Source: Nitrospira sp.
Lineage (GTDB): Bacteria > Nitrospirota > Nitrospiria > Nitrospirales > Nitrospiraceae
Direction of reading: 5' to 3'
DNA length: 64,000 bases
Assembly (NCBI GenBank): GCA_005116835.1
Contig: SWDM01000012.1
Coordinates: 36,454 to 100,453, forward strand
The notes beneath the pieces were generated by a model. It had not been told where the DNA came from, made no database searches, and was given only the letters and a program-made list of their open reading frames with translations. The translations under genes were made by a program, and so were the position numbers. Of the stretch, positions 56,727 to 62,523 are shown in pieces. The first letter of the stretch is position 1. Each line of letters opens with the position of its first letter.

Positions 56727-57974
56727 ATGACCACATCTCCCAGCATCGACAGAGATCCCAAACAGTATCCCGCTCTCCGCAACCTGCAATTCTCGCCGAT
56801 CAAAGAGGGTGAGGAGCAGTACATGGTCTTGTGGGATCCGACTGGACTAAGCAAAGAGAAGCTCGTGTTGCCGCTCAACTATTTTTTCATCATTCAGCAT
56901 TTCGACGGCGAGCACTCGCTGGCTGAAATCGGAGCGCTCTATCTCAAACGATTCGGTGAATTTCTGGTGCCCAGCAAAATCGATCAGCTGGTGTTCGATC
57001 TGAATGAGAAGCTGTTCTTGGAAGGTCAGCGAGCTGAAGACGCCCGCAGGCTGGCGCGGGAGACCTATCGCCAAAGCCCGCTACGCCGCGCAGCCTTTGC
57101 CGGGCGGGGGTACGAGGCAGACGGAGCGAAACTGAAAAAACAAATCGACGGATTCTTTACGTCCCAAGAAGGACCGGACTTCAAACCGTCAGAGCATGCG
57201 GGGAAAAAGATCAAGGGCCTCGTCGCCCCGACCTACGACCTGAAACACGCAGGACCGATCTATGCCTGGGCCTATAAAGAGCTGCAAGATGCGGAGGAGC
57301 CGGATCTATTCGTGATTATCGGCACTGCTTCTGCCGGACTGGACCATGTATTTGCCGTGACGGACAAGGATTTCGAAACGCCTCTCGGTGTCGTGTCCGC
57401 AGACCAACCGATTCTGAGCCAACTCAAGGCCAAGCTCCCGGATTTCTTTGAAGACGATCTTTGCCATCAGGCCGAGCAGGCTGTGGAATTTCAGCTTCCG
57501 TTTCTTCAGGACATCGTGGGGAAGAAGAAGCCTTTCACTATCGTGCCGATCTTGAGTGCTTTTTCTGCGGCGAGTCTGGGAGATCCAACCGTGCGCCAAT
57601 CGGTCGATCAGTTCTTGATCGGACTTAGTGAGATCCTCTCACAATCGGGCAGGGCTTACTGTGTGATCGCAGCGGGAGACCTGGCGCATCTGGGTATGCG
57701 CTACGGAGACAAGGCGCCTCCAACGGACTTTTCCTTTCATCGGTGTATGCAGTTCGACCTGGAAATGTTGAAACCGGTGGAGGAGCGCCAGCCGGAAGAG
57801 TTTGCCAACTACATCAGGAAAGAACAGGACCAGCGCCGGATCTCCGGCTTCTCCCCCATCTATTCCTTACTACGTTTGATCGAAGCGGAGAGCGGGCAGG
57901 TCTTACGCTATGACCGCGGGATCACCGACCAATACAATTCCACCGTGACTTACGCATCGATGGCATTTTTCTAG
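56727..57974 (+). CDS. MEMO1-family protein (AmmeMemoRadiSam system protein B type) with an N-terminal extension of about 140 aa
   Basis: C-terminal 270 aa follow the MEMO pattern (RRAAFAGRGYE...LVAPTYDLKHAG...GDLAHLGMRYGD...SGFSPI). N-terminal extension is LWDPTGLSKEKLVLPLNYFFIIQHFDGEHSLAEI... Confidence 0.75.
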   Translation: MTTSPSIDRDPKQYPALRNLQFSPIKEGEEQYMVLWDPTGLSKEKLVLPLNYFFIIQHFDGEHSLAEIGALYLKRFGEFLVPSKIDQLVFDLNEKLFLEGQRAEDARRLARETYRQSPLRRAAFAGRGYEADGAKLKKQIDGFFTSQEGPDFKPSEHAGKKIKGLVAPTYDLKHAGPIYAWAYKELQDAEEPDLFVIIGTASAGLDHVFAVTDKDFETPLGVVSADQPILSQLKAKLPDFFEDDLCHQAEQAVEFQLPFLQDIVGKKKPFTIVPILSAFSAASLGDPTVRQSVDQFLIGLSEILSQSGRAYCVIAAGDLAHLGMRYGDKAPPTDFSFHRCMQFDLEMLKPVEERQPEEFANYIRKEQDQRRISGFSPIYSLLRLIEAESGQVLRYDRGITDQYNSTVTYASMAFF

Positions 57975-58060
57975 CATCGGCTGCTGAAACAGACTCCCAG
58001 CTGCGTGCTCACCTCGAACAGGTCCTCAACGTACCCGATTGGGACAAGAGCTGCTTGGCA
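57974..58060 (+). repeat. Degenerate PE copy K (approximate limits)
   Basis: Follows the TAG: gcatcggctgctgaaacagactcccagctgcgtgctcacctcgaacaggtcctcaacgtaccc... The right arm has largely decayed. Confidence 0.35.
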
Positions 58061-58351
58061 GCTCGGGGTGGGCGGGTGAGAACTGTTACGCCTCCTGTTG
58101 TGGCTCCCTGCAGCCTCGTTGTTTGTCCTGTTGGAAGTGCCTGGGCCTTTCGAGTTCGTGTCTTGCTCATGGACCATTTCCCTCGCTCGTGCGAACTAAC
58201 AAACCGCAGTTCAACACAGCGGTTGAGTCAGTGCATTGCGCCATAACGACATCAATTCCAAGAGGCTTGTCATCAGTTCAGGCTAGTCAGAGACTCTTCA
58301 TGAGGCGGATAATAATGTGGAAAAGTTATTTGTGAATTATGGATAAAACCG

Positions 58352-58636
58352 TTAAGCCTTTGGGTTCTCTTTCTCTGGTCCAGATGGACCCCAGAGATCG
58401 CCTAAGCCTAGCGAGTCCCACAAGTCTTTCTCAGACTTGGGGGGAGCTCCCTCAAGAAAGTTGGCGAGGATTTTCGATTTGTAGGCTGCAGCGTGCGGGC
58501 GGCATTTCTTTACCGCAGCTGCATATTCCTGTTTCGATACACGCAAGCTTTGAAGGAGAACGCCCTGAGCCAGTATGAGAGCGTGATGAACCGAAAGCGC
58601 ATGGGCCAGACTCTCAATGAGTTTGCGATTTGTCAT
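58352..58636 (-). CDS. Hypothetical protein
   Basis: AAGGAGG lies 7 nt upstream of ATG 58636. 94 aa. No family recognised. Confidence 0.45.
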   Translation of the reverse strand: MTNRKLIESLAHALSVHHALILAQGVLLQSLRVSKQEYAAAVKKCRPHAAAYKSKILANFLEGAPPKSEKDLWDSLGLGDLWGPSGPEKENPKA

Positions 58637-59023
58637 GAGTGAACCTCCTTAAGGATGATGCCATTCAACACCTCAATATGGTCACTAATCTGCTGCCATG
58701 GCCGCGTCATGTGGAGAGAGCGATGAATCAGGCGGAAATAAAAATCCGGAAATACAGCACGATGGCGGCTGCGAGGTTAGCCAACTTGCTTGAGAAAGCC
58801 AAGGTCAGCCTGTGAAAACGAGCGATTTTTATTCTGCGCTCATGCGTTCTCCTCTTGCACCTTCATCCTCGCCCGGCTAAAATAGCATGAGTTTTCCTGA
58901 AAATAAGTGCTCTAGAACCGCTGGAGCACCAACGGCTGTCTAGAGGACAGGTGGCACTCTCGTCATTCTGTTAACTAACCCTGAATATTTCCCTATCTTT
59001 GTGGGAATAAGGAGTTGAGGGTC

Positions 59024-59371
59024 ATGGCACTACTGATTACCGACGAATGTATTAACTGTGGAGCTTGTCTGCCAGAATGTCCGAATGAAGCGATCTTCGA
59101 AACTCGCGGCGACGCGGAGGCGAAGGGAAATCATGTGGGCGACGGTCAGGGAGTCGGAGACGCTATTTACGTGATTACCCATGAGCGGTGTACTGAGTGT
59201 GTCGGTCATTTTGACGAACCTCAATGCACGGCGGTTTGTCCGGTGGATAATTGTTGCATCGCTGATCCAGCCTATCCGGAGGCCACGGATATTCTGCTGG
59301 AAAAGGCGAAGAAACTCAATCCTGACAAGGCCATCGACCCGGCAAAAGTTTGGAGCGGCGTGCGGAACTAG
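59024..59371 (+). CDS. YfhL-type 2x[4Fe-4S] ferredoxin
   Basis: CINCGACLPECP and CTECVG...CTAVCP. AAGGAG lies 9 nt upstream of ATG 59024. Confidence 0.85.
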   Translation: MALLITDECINCGACLPECPNEAIFETRGDAEAKGNHVGDGQGVGDAIYVITHERCTECVGHFDEPQCTAVCPVDNCCIADPAYPEATDILLEKAKKLNPDKAIDPAKVWSGVRN

Positions 59372-59781
59372 TCATTATCCCTTGGAAGAACCGCGCGACA
59401 CTTGCCATCTGTATTTGCCACCACGCTGCTACCAGGACAGGACATATCCCCCCCAGCACCCCCAACGTAGGAGCATTATGGCTTGTGGTTCCTTGTGGGG
59501 TTAGGTTGTCTGCGTTAGGGCTAGGGAAGTCAAATCTCAGGGTTCAAAAACTACGGTTTGTGATTGGCTTGGCCGGCAAAGGCATGATCGAAGACCGCTC
59601 TAAGGTGTGAGTTGAAATGCCTGAGCGATGATTCCACTGCGGGCATCGAGCGATCACCGTTTTATTACTTTCTCCCATGAGGGCTGGCTAGATGGTTTCC
59701 CTACGCGTGTTCTGCGGGGGGTCTTCCGAGACCGCGCGTTGCTCGAGCACAGGAGATTATTTAGGCTGCCCTCCGCTCCCT

Positions 59782-60303
59782 CTATTCTTTGACTGACATG
59801 GTGATCGTAATCGGCTTCAGAGGGTTGTCGAATTCGTCGCGCGGCGCGGCGACGATCTTGTCCACCACGTCCATGCCGCGAAAGACCTCGCCGAAGACGG
59901 TGTAGGTACGGTCCAGCCCGCTGTTATCATCGACACAGATATAAAACTGCGAGCCGTTATCGTTGGGGTCACGCGTGCTGTTGCTCTCTCGTGGAACCTT
60001 TGCCATGCCGATCGCGCCCCGTTTATGCGGACGATCGCTGGTTTCAGGATTGAGCCAATAGCCAGGACTGCCGGATCCGTGGAGTGCACGGTCTGCGGTC
60101 TTGCTCAGTGGATCGCCGCCCTGGATGATGAATCCTGGAACGACGCGATGGAAAGTGGTTCCATCGTAGAACCTCATCTTGGCGAGCTTCAGAAAGTTCT
60201 CGACGTGGCGTGGAGCGTCATCCGGGTAGAATCGAATCTTGATCTCGCCGAGTGGCGTCGTAATGGTAACGCGCGGGTCGATCTTTTGAAATTGCATGGT
60301 CAT
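59782..60303 (-). CDS. ppiB: Peptidyl-prolyl cis-trans isomerase, cyclophilin type
   Basis: FHRVVPGFIIQGGDP...GSQFYI. Confidence 0.9.
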   Translation of the reverse strand: MTMQFQKIDPRVTITTPLGEIKIRFYPDDAPRHVENFLKLAKMRFYDGTTFHRVVPGFIIQGGDPLSKTADRALHGSGSPGYWLNPETSDRPHKRGAIGMAKVPRESNSTRDPNDNGSQFYICVDDNSGLDRTYTVFGEVFRGMDVVDKIVAAPRDEFDNPLKPITITMSVKE

Positions 60304-60343
60304 TGCGTCAACCTAGCAAGGACAACGTTCAAGAGGCAAGAGA

Positions 60344-60450
60344 CGTGAAAGGTGAAACGTAAAAAGTGAAACGTCTCAGAGCACCCAAGACATCGGCCTC
60401 GCTTTTCTGCTTCATCCGTTTCACGTCTAACCTTTCACGTTTCACGCTTC
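60344..60450. repeat. Inverted heptad-type hairpin (GTGAAAC word)
   Basis: cgtgaaaggtgaaacgtaaaaagtgaaacgtct faces ccgtttcacgtctaacctttcacgtttcacgcttc. The right arm supplies the last codons (KRET) and the stop of the MFS gene. Confidence 0.7.
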
Positions 60451-61718
60451 AATCCTTTCCCCGGATCGATTTTGAGCCACAAGATCCCACCTAGGATGGC
60501 CACGGCCGCGGCCACGCCTAACGAGACAGGCCAGCCCCACTGATCGGCCAACCACGGAGTTAGGGTTGGTGAGATGGTCCCGCCGATATTGGCTCCGGTG
60601 TTCATGAGCCCTGACAATGTGCCTGCATGGGCTTTCGATAGGTCAGTCGTCGAAGCCCAGTAGGCGCCGACCGCAAAGTAGAGCCAGCCTGCGCCGAATG
60701 ACAGGCTGGTGATCGCCAGAAATGGAGAATCCACGACCCCACCCAGCGCAATCGCGCATCCAGCCAGGATCATGCCGGTCATGCCGGTCACAGATCGTCC
60801 GGTAGTGAGACCGTAGCGGGCCGCAAGTCGATCCGTCACCCAGCCTCCCAGGGGGCAAAAGATCAACATGGCTACAAAGGGAGCGGAGGCATAGAATCCG
60901 CCGCGGAGTACATCGAATCCACGGACATTCACGAGGTACAAGTAGAACCAGGACAGATAGACGTAGGCGACATAGCCGAGGCAACTGTAGCTGAGTACCA
61001 GCCACCAGATGGTCGGAGTCCGACTGAACGTTCGCCAGGGCACGGCGGTGGTGGCGGTCGGCACACGCGTGAGCAGGGCCTGTTCACCTTCATTCACCCA
61101 GGGATGTTCGTGCGGGTGGTTGCGCGACAGGAGCCACCAGAGGATCGCCATCCCGATTCCCAGCAGGCTCGCGAGGAAAAATACGGTCGGCCAGCCCCAG
61201 TTCACCATCACCCAGGCGGCAATGGGCGGGGTCATGGCGGAACCTAATCCAATGCCTCCGATGGCGATTCCGATGCCAAGGCCTCGCCTATCAGCCGGGA
61301 GCCAATTGGTGACGGCGCGATTGAAGGCAGGCAGCGCCACGGCTTCTCCCACGCCCAGCGAAAACCGCACGAGCATCAGGGCGCCGACCACTCCGAAGAG
61401 ACTCGCGAGCGACGTGGCAGCGACCATGGCAGTGAAGGCCGTACAGATCGACCACCAGAGAAGCGCGACGGTGAGCACCACGCGGACTCCCCAGCGATCG
61501 GCCAGCCATCCACCGGGAATCTGAAACAGGGCGTAGCCGACGACGAAGGCCGAGAAGATCCAACCCATCTGTTGATCGGTCATCCCATAGGCCGGCATCA
61601 TCTGACGCGCGGTCACGGAGATATTGACGCGGTCGATATAGGTGACGACGCTGATGAGAAACAGCAGGGCGAGGATGAGCCAGCGGATGCGTGATGGGCG
61701 AGTCGTGAGTGTCTTCAC
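60435..61718 (-). CDS. MFS transporter (anion:cation symporter, ACS-like)
   Basis: 12 TM; GWLADRWG motif between TM2 and TM3. Confidence 0.85.
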   Translation of the reverse strand: MKTLTTRPSRIRWLILALLFLISVVTYIDRVNISVTARQMMPAYGMTDQQMGWIFSAFVVGYALFQIPGGWLADRWGVRVVLTVALLWWSICTAFTAMVAATSLASLFGVVGALMLVRFSLGVGEAVALPAFNRAVTNWLPADRRGLGIGIAIGGIGLGSAMTPPIAAWVMVNWGWPTVFFLASLLGIGMAILWWLLSRNHPHEHPWVNEGEQALLTRVPTATTAVPWRTFSRTPTIWWLVLSYSCLGYVAYVYLSWFYLYLVNVRGFDVLRGGFYASAPFVAMLIFCPLGGWVTDRLAARYGLTTGRSVTGMTGMILAGCAIALGGVVDSPFLAITSLSFGAGWLYFAVGAYWASTTDLSKAHAGTLSGLMNTGANIGGTISPTLTPWLADQWGWPVSLGVAAAVAILGGILWLKIDPGKGLKRET

Positions 61719-61790
61719 AAAGTTGAGTCGTGCAGTCTGTCCATCGTGATAGCGGTGGCGGATTATACAGAGTCGGGGTGCGGGGCACTA

Positions 61791-61920
61791 GCAGGATGCT
61801 GAAAAGCGCCAGCGGCAGAAGATCGTTATATTGGTTAATTTGGTTTGTCTCGTTTGTTTGGTTAAACCAGACAGGCCAGATAAACCAGATGAACAAAACA
61901 AACCAGCTTGAGCATCCTGC
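61791..61920 (+). repeat. PE copy J (PE termini around an AACCAGA heptad core)
   Basis: gcaggatgctgaaaagcgccagcgg ... ggttaatttggtttgtctcgtttgtttggttaaaccagacaggccagataaaccagatgaacaaaacaaaccagc ... ttgagcatcctgc. Confidence 0.7.
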
Positions 61921-62057
61921 GGCTATTTTGAAATCAGTGCCATATGGAAGATTCCAATGGTGATTTATGAATAAACCGAGTTTTTCGCAGCCTGCTAGAT
62001 AAGGGAGGGAGGCCTCATGGTCTCCCTCCCTTGGAAGACCTTCCATCGCATCTATTC

Positions 62058-62470
62058 GGCTCCTGTTGAACCCATTCCTTGCAGCCAATTGAAACAGCGT
62101 CTTAAGTAAACATACCCCCTGCGAACGTAGGACTGTTTGGACTCTGTTGTTCCAGATCAATGGCGTCGACGCCGAAACAGGGCCTGTTTGAGCCCAGTCC
62201 TTACAGCCAATTGAGAATACGTCCGAGTACGCCACCCCCTACCTTTGCAGAATTGTTTGTTCTCCTTTGATCGGGTTATTAAACACTCGCGTCGAAACAG
62301 GACCTATTTGAACCCATGTTGAGCCTATTCGCCATACAGCCAATTGAGAATACCTCAGAGCACATACTTACTACTTTAGTACTAGTTGTTAGTACCTCGG
62401 AAGTATTGTTTGTTCTCCTTCGTTAAGGTTATTAATCGCCAGCATCGAAACATGGCAATCATCGAAACAA
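62058..62470 (+). repeat. Three tandem units of about 117, 120 and 153 bp upstream of the peroxidase gene
   Basis: The cagccaattga anchor occurs at 62082, 62204 and 62337. Each unit also carries ...ctgtttga[ag]ccc... and ...ttgtttgttctcct...cgaaaca... blocks. Confidence 0.7.
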
Positions 62471-62523
62471 AACAAGTGTCGAACCAATAACAATAGTCGA
62501 TCCATTCATCATTAGGAGGTACC

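Noticed and set aside
58637-58714. A 25-codon minus-strand ORF (MTRPWQQISDHIEVLNGIILKEVHS) overlapping the start of 58352-58636 by ATGA, which might be a remnant antitoxin
   Set aside because: It is too short, has no RBS and no recognisable fold. I noted it only because of the ATGA overlap.
61291-62235. A 314-aa minus-strand ORF
   Set aside because: It runs through the 5' end of the MFS gene in another frame, then palindromic element copy J and the tandem units. It has no motifs and is composite low-complexity sequence.
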